Part shown: positions 8,916-17,245 of the stretch, piece after piece
How positions within the stretch are numbered: the first letter of the stretch is position 1
Layout: each line of letters begins with the position of its first letter
Assembly (NCBI GenBank): GCA_963830365.1
Contig: CAWHMU010000026.1
Location: 1 to 18,347, forward strand
Length of the DNA: 18,347 nucleotides
Reading direction: 5' to 3'
From: an uncultured Chlamydiae bacterium
GTDB taxonomy: Bacteria > Chlamydiota > Chlamydiia > Chlamydiales > Parachlamydiaceae
Made by a program: the position numbers and the translations under genes
Notes under the pieces: generated by a model
Told to the model about the DNA's origin: nothing
The model's database searches: none
The model's input: only the letters and a program-made list of their open reading frames with translations

Positions 8916-10370
8916 CTATTTCACGAGTTCGGGAATGGCTGCGGCATGGCCGGTAGCTTTTTCAAAGGCATGGGCGGCTTTCAATACGCGCGCATCTTGC
9001 ATTAGCGGCCCTATCAGCTGCAAGCCCAAGGGGCGGCCATTTTTGGCAAAGCCTTCCGGTACGCTGATGGCGGGCAGGCCGGCCAGGTTGATGCCAATGG
9101 TGTAAATGTCTTCCAGATACATCTGCAAGGGGTCTTTGATGGCGCCGATCTCAAAGGCTGTGAAAGGGGATACGGGGGTGGCGATCAGATCGCAGTGCTT
9201 GAAAGTCTCTTTATAGCGCTGGATGAGCAGCGTGCGCACTTTCTGGGCCTTCTTGTAATAGGCGTCCTTGTAACCTGCGCTAAGCACATAGGTGCCCAGC
9301 AGGATGCGGCGCTTGACTTCCGGGCCATAGCCCTCTTCCTTGGAGAAATCGTATACTTCGTCCAGCGTCTTGGCTCTTGGCGAGCGGATACCGTAGCGGA
9401 TGCCGTCGAAGCGCGCCAGGTTGGTGGAGGCTTCGGCGGTGGCCAGGATATAATACACGGCCACAGAATACTTTAGGATGCTTAAGTCGATATCGACAAT
9501 CTCGGCGCCAAGTTTTTTAAGCACTTCGATGGCGTTAGTGAAGATCTGCTTGGGTTCTTCTGCCAGCTGCTCAAGGAACTGCCAAGGCACGCCGATGCGC
9601 AGCCCTTTGATGTCGCCATCCAATCCGGCAAGGTAGTCCTGCTGCGGCGCCGGATAGCTGGTGGAGTCGCGCTCGCAATGGCGTCCGATGACTTCCATCA
9701 GCAAGGCAGCATCGGCGGTGGTGGTGGCTAAGGGGCCTATCTGGTCCAGCGACGAACCATAAGCCACCAAGCCGAAGCGCGACACCCGCCCGTAGCTTGG
9801 TTTATAGCCCACAATGCCGCAGAACGAGGCCGGCAGGCGCACCGAGCCGCCTGTATCGCTGCCTAGGGCCAGCGGACAGAGCCTGGCAGCGACAGCTGCC
9901 GCCGAGCCGCCCGAGGAGCCGCCGGGTGTGCAGTTAAGGTTCCATGGGTTGCGGGTCTTTTGCAAAGCGGAATTTTCGGTTGAGGAACCCATGGCAAATT
10001 CGTCCATATTGGTCTTGCCGATGATGATGGCGTCTTCGGCTTCGAGCAGACGGGTGGCAGTAGCATCGAAGGGGGCGCGGTAGTTGGTCAGGAATTTTGA
10101 GGCGCAGGTGGTAATTTCGCCTTTGACGTGCATATTGTCTTTGATGGCAATGGGGATGGCGGCCAGCTTGCCTAGTTTCTGGCCGGCGCTTAGCTTCGCA
10201 TCAAGGATTTTGGCTTTAGCGAGAGCACGTTCGGGGAATACCGACAAGAAGGCGCCTACTTGACCGTCGTATTGTTGAATGCGTTTTAGAAACATTTCAA
10301 CGATGGCGACGGCAGTGATTTCGCCGCGCAGGAATTTGTCACGGAGTTCAATAGCAGAAAGAGAATGCAT
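8916..10370 (-). CDS. gatA: Asp-tRNA(Asn)/Glu-tRNA(Gln) amidotransferase subunit A
   Basis: Amidase signature IAIKDN, GKTNMDEFAMGSS, PGGSSGGSAAAVAA, GSDTGGSVR; EVKRRILLGTYVLSAGY; adjacent to gatB and gatC. Confidence 0.99.
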   Translation of the reverse strand: MHSLSAIELRDKFLRGEITAVAIVEMFLKRIQQYDGQVGAFLSVFPERALAKAKILDAKLSAGQKLGKLAAIPIAIKDNMHVKGEITTCASKFLTNYRAPFDATATRLLEAEDAIIIGKTNMDEFAMGSSTENSALQKTRNPWNLNCTPGGSSGGSAAAVAARLCPLALGSDTGGSVRLPASFCGIVGYKPSYGRVSRFGLVAYGSSLDQIGPLATTTADAALLMEVIGRHCERDSTSYPAPQQDYLAGLDGDIKGLRIGVPWQFLEQLAEEPKQIFTNAIEVLKKLGAEIVDIDLSILKYSVAVYYILATAEASTNLARFDGIRYGIRSPRAKTLDEVYDFSKEEGYGPEVKRRILLGTYVLSAGYKDAYYKKAQKVRTLLIQRYKETFKHCDLIATPVSPFTAFEIGAIKDPLQMYLEDIYTIGINLAGLPAISVPEGFAKNGRPLGLQLIGPLMQDARVLKAAHAFEKATGHAAAIPELVK

Positions 10371-10391
10371 TGCCTGGCTGACCTTGTAAGA

Positions 10392-10691
10392 TTAGTTGGA
10401 TTTAATAACAGGAGGAACGCGTATCATCCCTCCGACTTGTGAGGGGGCGTTGGACAAAAATACTTCGCGCGGCAGTGTCTCGCCGACGACATCGTCGCGC
10501 AGCACGTTGCCGATATCTTCAAGCACCGTATTGCAGGGGGTGACGTTATCGGTATCGATATCCTGCAGCTGTTCGATATACGACAGGACTTTTGCCAAGT
10601 CGATAACCAGAGATTCCTGCTCTTGTTCTGAACATTCGATGCGGCTGAGCTTGATGAGGTTTTGAATGCTTTGCTTGTCGATAGTGGCCAT
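10392..10691 (-). CDS. gatC: Asp-tRNA(Asn)/Glu-tRNA(Gln) amidotransferase subunit C
   Basis: LIKLSRI..LSYIEQLQDIDT..LRDD..LSNAP..IRVPPVI. Start MATID at 10691 gives 99 aa and lies downstream of the predicted promoter. Confidence 0.96.
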   Translation of the reverse strand: MATIDKQSIQNLIKLSRIECSEQEQESLVIDLAKVLSYIEQLQDIDTDNVTPCNTVLEDIGNVLRDDVVGETLPREVFLSNAPSQVGGMIRVPPVIKSN

Positions 10692-10731
10692 AAGTGTTTT
10701 TTGGTTTGGTGTTGAGTTTACTTGGCTCCAT

Positions 10732-10760
10732 AGTTTAGCCATTCAAGGAAAAATATGCAA
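10732..10760 (-). promoter_or_regulatory. Candidate sigma70-type promoter of gatCAB
   Basis: Minus strand TTGCAT (10760-10755), 17-nt spacer, TAAACT (10737-10732). Confidence 0.55.
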
Positions 10761-10895
10761 GGACAAGAGAGAGGGATGAAGTTACGCAGCGCTCATCTTT
10801 CAGTTTTCATCTTTGCTTTTTTCGGATCTTGCAATAAACTGGCGGCTATATTAAAAAATTGCTTGTTTTGCACTTCGCAACAAGGTGGACGTTAC

Positions 10896-12668
10896 ATGCT
10901 TAAAATTGAAGAAAGTCTTGGCCGCTATACGCAGATGCTGGAACGAAATGCACCCACTGCCGGGTATAAGGCTGGCTGCTGGCAGCGGCAAGAGCTTGAT
11001 AAGCGCCTTGTTAGTGTAGGACGTTCATTCTGTAGCATGCTTGACGACTTACGGAAAATTCCCGCGCGCTTTGGCTTGGATGGCGCAGCGATGGCAAGCC
11101 AGGGGAAATATTATAAGGCCCTTTTTAAAGCTGCCGGAGCGGTGAAACAAATCCTGGCTGTATCTGATTCTGCCACGGTACAGACCGAGCTTAACAACCT
11201 GGCGCAGCGGGTGGCCGGGCTTAAATATTATCTCGAAGCTGCTAATGGTGGACTGGACAAAGCCCCGCTTGATCCAAAACTTTATGCAACAGTTTTAGCG
11301 GTGGCCGGCAAATGGAAGCAAGCCCAGCAGCTATATCCGGCCGGTGGTAAACTCCTAACTAAACGCGATGACGAAAATATGCGGCAGGTCTGCGCCTATC
11401 CTGAATTTGTTGAGGTGCTGCTCAAAGATAAGAAGCTGCAGGATAATTTCTTCAAATGGAGTATTCGCGATAACAATGGCGTCAGCCAATTCGTGGAATT
11501 TCCGGCAGCTAGTGCGCGTATTGCAGCCGCCAATCTGGCAAAACGCGTCGGCAGGTTCAGCGCCGGCCTGTTCGCCATCCAAAAGCAAAAAATAGACTCT
11601 TCGGAATCTAAGATCAGTGAAAAAGTCATCTGCTTACCCTTCAATACGTCATCGAAAGTAGAATATATCAGCCTGCTGGATGAGGATAAAAAGGTCGTCT
11701 TGAATGGCGGCTTGGAGCTGACGATCAGGAAAATTATAGATCTCTTCGCCAAAAAGAACGCAGAATTTACCGATCTTGAGTTTTTTGCCTCCACCGGCAT
11801 CACCAATTGGAATACCATGGAACTTGGACCGCGGGATGCCAAGACTAATGCCTATGCCCATGCAGATCTGACGGCTGCCGACTGGTGGAAGAATCTTCCG
11901 GCTTTGGAAGAGATTTCGCAGGCCGAAGTGGAAGCCAGGTACGGGGAGAAGCCGGCAGACGGGGAGTGGCTGGTGTGTGTGAAATCAGGCCGGCAGACGC
12001 TCGATCAAGATTTTGAGCAGCGCCATAGTTATCTTGAAATAGCCATTCCTTCAACGAAAGGCAATTACGGCATTTATCCTTTCGGGCACTATCCGTTGCG
12101 CTTCCCCAGATCACCGTTTGAGGCCATCAAATTTTTAGCCAAGGTCACGCTTGGCCGCATCAACTATCCGGATAACAATACCTTCTTTTCAATGCGTCAG
12201 CATGCTGTGCATGCCATCAAACTTGCCCCTCAGCAAAGTGCCAAGCTTATGCAAGTCATCCAGCAGGATCTGATCAAAGGGCTGCAGGGTAACTTTACCT
12301 TTCAATTCAAAGATGAAAATTGCGCCCAATGGACGCAATCCACCATCCATAGTTTTCAGCAGGAGCCTAAGCATAATTTTTTCAAAATGAAGGTCCTTGA
12401 TGCCTACCCGTTAAATCCGGTCATGGGCAAACTTTTTGCACTGATGCGCAAAGCCTCCCCAGACAAGCAGGGATGGCTGGTAAGAGGTGTACTCAGACTG
12501 CTGGGAGGGAAAAAGGGCATCACCATCATCGAAGATGGTAAGTCCGTGTATAAAAACGTCTTGGACCATCCGAATGCCCAAGGCGAGGTGCAAATCTACC
12601 AGCCCGGCCTGATGCACCCGCAGATCGAAGGGGGCCAGCTAAATGGACATCTGCGCTATGGCCATTGA
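10896..12668 (+). CDS. Hypothetical protein with a putative permuted papain-like (His...Asn-Cys) C-terminal domain
   Basis: Long ORF (track start 10755); ATG 10896 has an AAGGTGG SD. Motifs RHSYLEIAIP..YGIYPFG and FTFQFKDENCAQW. Confidence 0.75.
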   Translation: MLKIEESLGRYTQMLERNAPTAGYKAGCWQRQELDKRLVSVGRSFCSMLDDLRKIPARFGLDGAAMASQGKYYKALFKAAGAVKQILAVSDSATVQTELNNLAQRVAGLKYYLEAANGGLDKAPLDPKLYATVLAVAGKWKQAQQLYPAGGKLLTKRDDENMRQVCAYPEFVEVLLKDKKLQDNFFKWSIRDNNGVSQFVEFPAASARIAAANLAKRVGRFSAGLFAIQKQKIDSSESKISEKVICLPFNTSSKVEYISLLDEDKKVVLNGGLELTIRKIIDLFAKKNAEFTDLEFFASTGITNWNTMELGPRDAKTNAYAHADLTAADWWKNLPALEEISQAEVEARYGEKPADGEWLVCVKSGRQTLDQDFEQRHSYLEIAIPSTKGNYGIYPFGHYPLRFPRSPFEAIKFLAKVTLGRINYPDNNTFFSMRQHAVHAIKLAPQQSAKLMQVIQQDLIKGLQGNFTFQFKDENCAQWTQSTIHSFQQEPKHNFFKMKVLDAYPLNPVMGKLFALMRKASPDKQGWLVRGVLRLLGGKKGITIIEDGKSVYKNVLDHPNAQGEVQIYQPGLMHPQIEGGQLNGHLRYGH

Positions 12669-12673
12669 AAAAA

Positions 12674-12856
12674 TTCACCACAGAGGCACAGAGATAAAGA
12701 GAACAATACCTTAGCTGAAGCCACTTAAGAAGCTTTCTTTCTCTCTTCATAAAAATCCAAACCGATTGCCCACTTTATAACATGGCAGAATTCTTGTTGC
12801 ATTAGCACTGCTAACTTAAAATTTTTCTCTGTGTCTCTCTGTGCCTCTGTGGTGAA
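12674..12856. repeat. REP/REPIN-like inverted-repeat doublet (CACAGAG variant), copy 3
   Basis: Perfect 21-bp arms TTCACCACAGAGGCACAGAGA (12674-12694) and its reverse complement (12836-12856), 141-nt spacer; starts 5 nt after a stop codon. Confidence 0.85.
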
Positions 12857-12948
12857 ATTTAACCTATATCACTATTAGGCAATGGTCTACGGCAGGTTAA
12901 CCAATAGAGCCCTGTGATTCAGACAATAATGCGCATTAAAACTATGAT

Positions 12949-12982
12949 TTGACAAAATTTAACCGAAGCCGATAATCGGCTT
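12949..12982 (+). promoter_or_regulatory. Sigma70-type promoter with overlapping palindrome
   Basis: TTGACA (12949-12954), 16 nt, GATAAT (12971-12976); palindrome AAGCCGAT-A-ATCGGCTT (12966-12982) covers the -10. Confidence 0.55.
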
Positions 12983-12997
12983 TTGATCGGAGATACT

Positions 12998-13582
12998 ATG
13001 ATACCATTCACTTTAGCAATCGGTCACCATGCCCCAGATTTTACGCTGCCAGGCTCAGATGGCCAGCAGCATACCTTAAAAGATTTCCAAAATACCGATA
13101 CCCTGGTCATCTTTTTCACCTGCAATCACTGTCCGTATGTGACAGGCTCTGATGAAGTCACCCGCAAAACCGCCGAACGCTTTAAAGACAAAGGCGTGGC
13201 TTTTGTCGGCATCAACTCTAATAGCTCCAATACCGTGGCCGAAGATTCGTTTAACCATATGGTGCAGCGCATGCAGCAACATAAATTTCCTTGGATATAT
13301 CTTTACGACGCCACGCAAGAGGTGGCCAAAAAGTATGGCGCTTTGCGCACCCCGCATTTCTTTGTCTTCGATAAAAAACGCATGCTCATCTACACAGGTA
13401 GAGGCGTGGATAGTCCACGCGATACGACCAACATGAAAACTAACGACCTTGAAAAAGCCATCGAAGAGCATCTAGCGGGCAAACCAATATCAACCCCCAT
13501 TACCAATCCCATCGGTTGCAATGTAAAATGGGAAGGTAAAGAACGCCATTGGATGCCGGAAAATGCATGTGACCTCATTTAA
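12998..13582 (+). CDS. Thioredoxin family protein (AhpC/TSA, PRX-like)
   Basis: [18 protein letters not shown] (CxxC), [28 protein letters not shown] before ATG 12998. Confidence 0.95.
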   Translation: MIPFTLAIGHHAPDFTLPGSDGQQHTLKDFQNTDTLVIFFTCNHCPYVTGSDEVTRKTAERFKDKGVAFVGINSNSSNTVAEDSFNHMVQRMQQHKFPWIYLYDATQEVAKKYGALRTPHFFVFDKKRMLIYTGRGVDSPRDTTNMKTNDLEKAIEEHLAGKPISTPITNPIGCNVKWEGKERHWMPENACDLI

Positions 13583-13616
13583 TGATGCCAAAAGCATGTT
13601 TAAGAAGAAGTCGGCC

Positions 13617-14516
13617 ATGAGAATCCTCATCAGCGGCGCGTCCGGCCTGGTCGGCAAAGCGTTGCTGAGTTTTTTGAAGACCTGCGGCCATGAAGTCGTG
13701 CGCCTCGTCAGGCGCCCGCAGGAAGTGCAGGAGGATGCCATCTTCTGGGATCCAGACAAAGGCGAGCTAGCTTTGCCCTCTCTTGAAGGCTTTGATGCCG
13801 TCATCAACCTGTCTGGCGAAAATATCGCCGGCGGCCGCTGGAATGAAAAGCGCAAGCAGCGCATTCTGGAGAGCCGCATCCAAAGCACCGCTACGTTAGC
13901 CAAGGCGCTTTCCCAATTGAAAAGCCCCCCTCAGACATTTATTTGCGCATCGGCAGTGGGGATTTATGGCGACCAGGGCGATAGCTGGTGTAGCGAAGAC
14001 ACCACCAGCGGGGCAGGTTTTTTGGCCGATGTCTGCAAACAGTGGGAAGCGGCTGCCGCACCAGCGGTGGATAAGGGGATTCGCACCATATTTCTGCGCT
14101 TCGGCATCGTACTTTCCGCCCAAGGCGGGGCGCTGGCCAAGATGATGTTGCCTTTTAAGCTGGGTTTCGGCGGCGCCTTAGGCTCTGGCCAGCAATATAT
14201 GAGCTGGATTGATATCGACGACCTGGTGGCCATTGTACTCTATGCCCTGACGCATAAGTCATTAAAAGGACCAGTCAATGCTGTCTCGCCAAATCCCGTC
14301 ACTAATACCGCTTTCACTAAAATATTGGGCAACGCGCTAAGCAGGCCGATCTTCCTGAATATGCCGGCCTTTGCCTTAAGACTCATCTTGGGAAAAGAAA
14401 TGGCGGATGAGTTTTTACTTAGCAGCACGCGGGTGAAACCCTTACGCCTTACCCAGGCCGGCTATTCCTTTCTCTACCCGGATCTTGCCAGCGCTTTGAA
14501 ACATGAAATCAAATAA
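13617..14516 (+). CDS. TIGR01777 family NAD-dependent epimerase/oxidoreductase (YfcH-like)
   Basis: MRILISGASGLVG Rossmann motif, INLSGENIA..RW, ASAVGIYG, RFGIVLS..GGAL, GSGQQYMSWI; 299 aa from 13617. Confidence 0.95.
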   Translation: MRILISGASGLVGKALLSFLKTCGHEVVRLVRRPQEVQEDAIFWDPDKGELALPSLEGFDAVINLSGENIAGGRWNEKRKQRILESRIQSTATLAKALSQLKSPPQTFICASAVGIYGDQGDSWCSEDTTSGAGFLADVCKQWEAAAAPAVDKGIRTIFLRFGIVLSAQGGALAKMMLPFKLGFGGALGSGQQYMSWIDIDDLVAIVLYALTHKSLKGPVNAVSPNPVTNTAFTKILGNALSRPIFLNMPAFALRLILGKEMADEFLLSSTRVKPLRLTQAGYSFLYPDLASALKHEIK

Positions 14517-14537
14517 CATTAAAAAAGGATTTGCATC

Positions 14538-14774
14538 ATGCCTAGTGCCCGCGGACCGCAAGCGGCCAGCAGCGACAAAAGCTTCATGGCCACACTTTTA
14601 TTCTGCATCTTTCTCGGCACTCTCGGCGTGCACCGCTTCTATGTCGGCAAAATCGGCACCGGCATCCTCATGCTGCTCACTTTGGGAGGATTTGGAATCT
14701 GGTGGCTCATCGACTTGATCCTCATCGTCAGCGCCCGCTTCCGCGACAGCGACGGCTTCTTGATAGAACCTTGA
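14538..14774 (+). CDS. TM2 domain-containing membrane protein
   Basis: KS..ATLLFCIFLGTLGVHRFYVGKIGTGILMLLTLGGFGIWWLID; AAGGA SD. Confidence 0.95.
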   Translation: MPSARGPQAASSDKSFMATLLFCIFLGTLGVHRFYVGKIGTGILMLLTLGGFGIWWLIDLILIVSARFRDSDGFLIEP

Positions 14775-14989
14775 AATCTCTTTGCCAAGGAAAAAGGAAC
14801 ATAGGCGGGGTTATATATCGTATCTCCCCTAGCAATGGCGGCTAAGGTGTAGCAATAGGCGTGTTCTCTTAATTTTATGCTGCAAGGCATTTTTCTTTTT
14901 CTCGTTGATTAGACCGAATTAAAGCCTAGTCACGCAAATCAGGCCAATTTCACAATCGTTGTCTAGCGTATCAAAATGTTGTTTTATCA

Positions 14990-15240
14990 GGTTCTTCCGG
15001 TTTTGCAGGACTTGTAAAGAGAAAAGGGCAAGCAAAAATAACAGGATATTACGATGGTCAGGATATGAAAAATAGGATGATCAACCAAGACTTATGTAAA
15101 TCGCAAAGTTGGCAAACTAAAGTTTAAATCTTTCATCCTGTCCATCCTAATATCCTGTTGTTTTTGCTCCGATGTGTTACCTACATTTCCCCATTTCTAC
15201 GCATCCTTTTCTAGTCGGGTCCTATAAAACCGGATGAACC
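14990..15240. mobile_element. 251-bp MITE (non-autonomous IS derivative) with 22-bp TIRs and 8-bp TSD
   Basis: Left end GGTTCTTCCGGTTTTGCAGGAC versus reverse complement of right end GGTTCATCCGGTTTTATAGGAC (19/22). Exact direct repeat TTTTATCA at 14982-14989 and 15241-15248. Confidence 0.88.
15031..15168. repeat. Internal 34-bp inverted repeat (CAGGAT-periodic) inside the MITE
   Basis: 15031-15064 and 15135-15168 are complementary at 31/34 positions. Confidence 0.85.
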
Positions 15241-15282
15241 TTTTATCACTTCGTTTATATTGCTCCGATCTATTGTTTTGTT

Positions 15283-15311
15283 TTGCATATTAATTTAAGC
15301 AGTCGTATAAA
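15283..15311 (+). promoter_or_regulatory. Candidate promoter of the ankyrin gene
   Basis: TTGCAT, 17-nt spacer, TATAAA; the region is AT-rich, so a chance match is possible. Confidence 0.4.
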
Positions 15312-15401
15312 CTTTTTGCAAATACTTCCCATTCAAATAACGATGTGCAAATCACATGCCGATGTTTTGTGTTTTACTCTTAATAGGATTTTGAGGTTTT
15401 C

Positions 15402-17168
15402 ATGCCGGTTTCAAGCGCTACTAAATGTCTGCAGCTGCCAGCCAATACTACTGCTGAACACTCTTGTGGGCAAACATCTACCAAAAAGCCATCCTGCTAT
15501 GGCTATTGCGTGTCATTCATACAGCGCTGCTTTGGTCCCAGGCCAAAGTGTGAAGGTGTCAGCCTTGCTAGTACAGCTTCAAGGACAGATGAGTCTGTCT
15601 TAGCAGTTTTTCAGAGACAGAAAGATGCCTCTACATCCCTTGTCAGGAATCCGTTGACCGAGGAAGTAAAGCATTGTGTCATGGATGAGGCCTGTGCGCA
15701 AGCTGCAGCTACCTCTCAGCAGATGTTTAGAGAAATAGCAAGTTCCAGTGATCCGGCTAATCGATCGTTAGAAGAAAGCAAAGCTAGCGATAAAGAAGAC
15801 GACATCCTGTTTTCTAGAAGACCGCTTATTTATGCTGTTAAGTATAATATACGCTCAAGTGTAGAGAGATTGCTTGATGCTCGTGAAAATCCAAATGCTA
15901 AGGATGCCCGTGGCTATACGCCAATGATTTGGGCAGCAGATATCGGTTACAATGATCTTATCGAGCTACTTATAGAACATAAAGCAGACATGGAAACACC
16001 AGACAAAGCCGGCATGACAGCGCTTTCACATGCTAGTCTGAAGGGTAACTTAAAGGCCGTGCAAATTTTGACGGCTGCCGGTGCTAAATTGAACCAAAAA
16101 AAAGTTGACGAAGCTGACGCGGAGAATAAATCTAAAATCGATGAACAAGCTCTTACTGAGGCTGTTAAAAATAACCGATTTCTAGCCGTTAATACATTGC
16201 TAGCCAGTCGCGCTAACCCAAACGCTAAAGACAGCGATGGCAATACGCCAGCTTTATGGGCGGTACAAGCCGGGCATAATGAGATGCTAAGTCTTCTGGC
16301 AGAAAGCAAAGCTGACATGGATATGCAAAATAATAACGGTATCATTCCGCTTGCACTTGCCGTGAGTAAGAATGATGTGAATGCCGTTCAAATTTTGACA
16401 GCTGCCGGTGCTAAACTAAATATAGCAGATCGTGGCGGCATAACCCCTCTGATGCTGGCTGTTAATAGCGGTTATAGCAAGCTGGTTAAACATCTTATAG
16501 CCAGCAAAGCTGACATGGAGTGCCAGATGGGAGAGGGCAAGTCGGCACTCTCTTGTGCTGTCATTCGAAATGAATTGGGGGTCGTTAAGACTTTGCTGGA
16601 TGCACGAGCCAATGCAGATACTAAAGATGATTTCGGCAATACGCCAGTTTTATGGGCGATAGAGCAAGGGCATAATGAGATGCTAAGTCTTCTGGCAGAA
16701 AGTAAAGCTGACATGGATTTGGAAAATAAAGTTGGCGTTACAGCACTTTTAAACGCTATTCAAAAGGGTAATTTTGTAGCTGTTAAACTATTGAAAGCTG
16801 CCGGAGCTCAGCTAGATAAACCAATTAGCGATGGCAATACCCCTCTTATATTTGCGGCAAAACTAGGCCACATGGAGATGCTTAATTTTCTTTTAGCCAG
16901 CGGAGCTAAAGTAGATGTAAAAGCCAAACAGGGCTATTCAGCGCTTTTACATGCTGCAGCACAAAGAAACTCAGAGGCTGTGCGTTTATTGTTAGCTTAC
17001 GGTGCAAGTCCAGACTTACAAGATGAGGATGGTCACACGCCGCTGATGACATCAGCACAAAATGACGATATTGAGAGTGCAAATCTCATGTTAGCAAAGG
17101 GGGCAAATTTAAATATTAACAATAAAAAAGGTCACACGGCTTCTTTCGCTGGCTGCAGCTGTCGGTAA
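15402..17168 (+). CDS. Ankyrin repeat protein, N-terminal part of an apparently frameshifted longer gene; candidate effector
   Basis: About 13 ankyrin repeats (G.TPL..AA..G) after a Ser/Thr/Cys-rich N-terminus; GAGGT SD. The 14th repeat continues in the +1 frame from 17143. Confidence 0.9.
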   Translation: MPVSSATKCLQLPANTTAEHSCGQTSTKKPSCYGYCVSFIQRCFGPRPKCEGVSLASTASRTDESVLAVFQRQKDASTSLVRNPLTEEVKHCVMDEACAQAAATSQQMFREIASSSDPANRSLEESKASDKEDDILFSRRPLIYAVKYNIRSSVERLLDARENPNAKDARGYTPMIWAADIGYNDLIELLIEHKADMETPDKAGMTALSHASLKGNLKAVQILTAAGAKLNQKKVDEADAENKSKIDEQALTEAVKNNRFLAVNTLLASRANPNAKDSDGNTPALWAVQAGHNEMLSLLAESKADMDMQNNNGIIPLALAVSKNDVNAVQILTAAGAKLNIADRGGITPLMLAVNSGYSKLVKHLIASKADMECQMGEGKSALSCAVIRNELGVVKTLLDARANADTKDDFGNTPVLWAIEQGHNEMLSLLAESKADMDLENKVGVTALLNAIQKGNFVAVKLLKAAGAQLDKPISDGNTPLIFAAKLGHMEMLNFLLASGAKVDVKAKQGYSALLHAAAQRNSEAVRLLLAYGASPDLQDEDGHTPLMTSAQNDDIESANLMLAKGANLNINNKKGHTASFAGCSCR

Positions 17169-17245
17169 CCCTGCTTTCGCCAGTCAACTTATTAAATTAT
17201 TTAACGCCTATCAGGGAGGTCATCCAAAAAATCCTTTTACCGTAG

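Noticed and set aside
6125..10083. Long antisense ORFs over pfkB, gatB and gatA (e.g. 7481-8050, 8495-8956, 6125-6541)
   Set aside because: Shadow frames of GC-rich conserved genes with no independent motifs.
10692..10895. ORF-track starts at 10742 (gatC) and 10755; likewise 7225, 12983 and 13563
   Set aside because: They overlap predicted promoters, abut repeats or overlap upstream genes; downstream starts fit SD position and/or family length better.
2426..12856. CAGAG repeats as a CRISPR array
   Set aside because: They are inverted and dispersed, with no regular repeat-spacer series and no cas genes.
15164..15269. 10-bp direct repeat TTGCTCCGAT inside and outside the MITE
   Set aside because: Short, does not align with element boundaries, and is plausibly chance.
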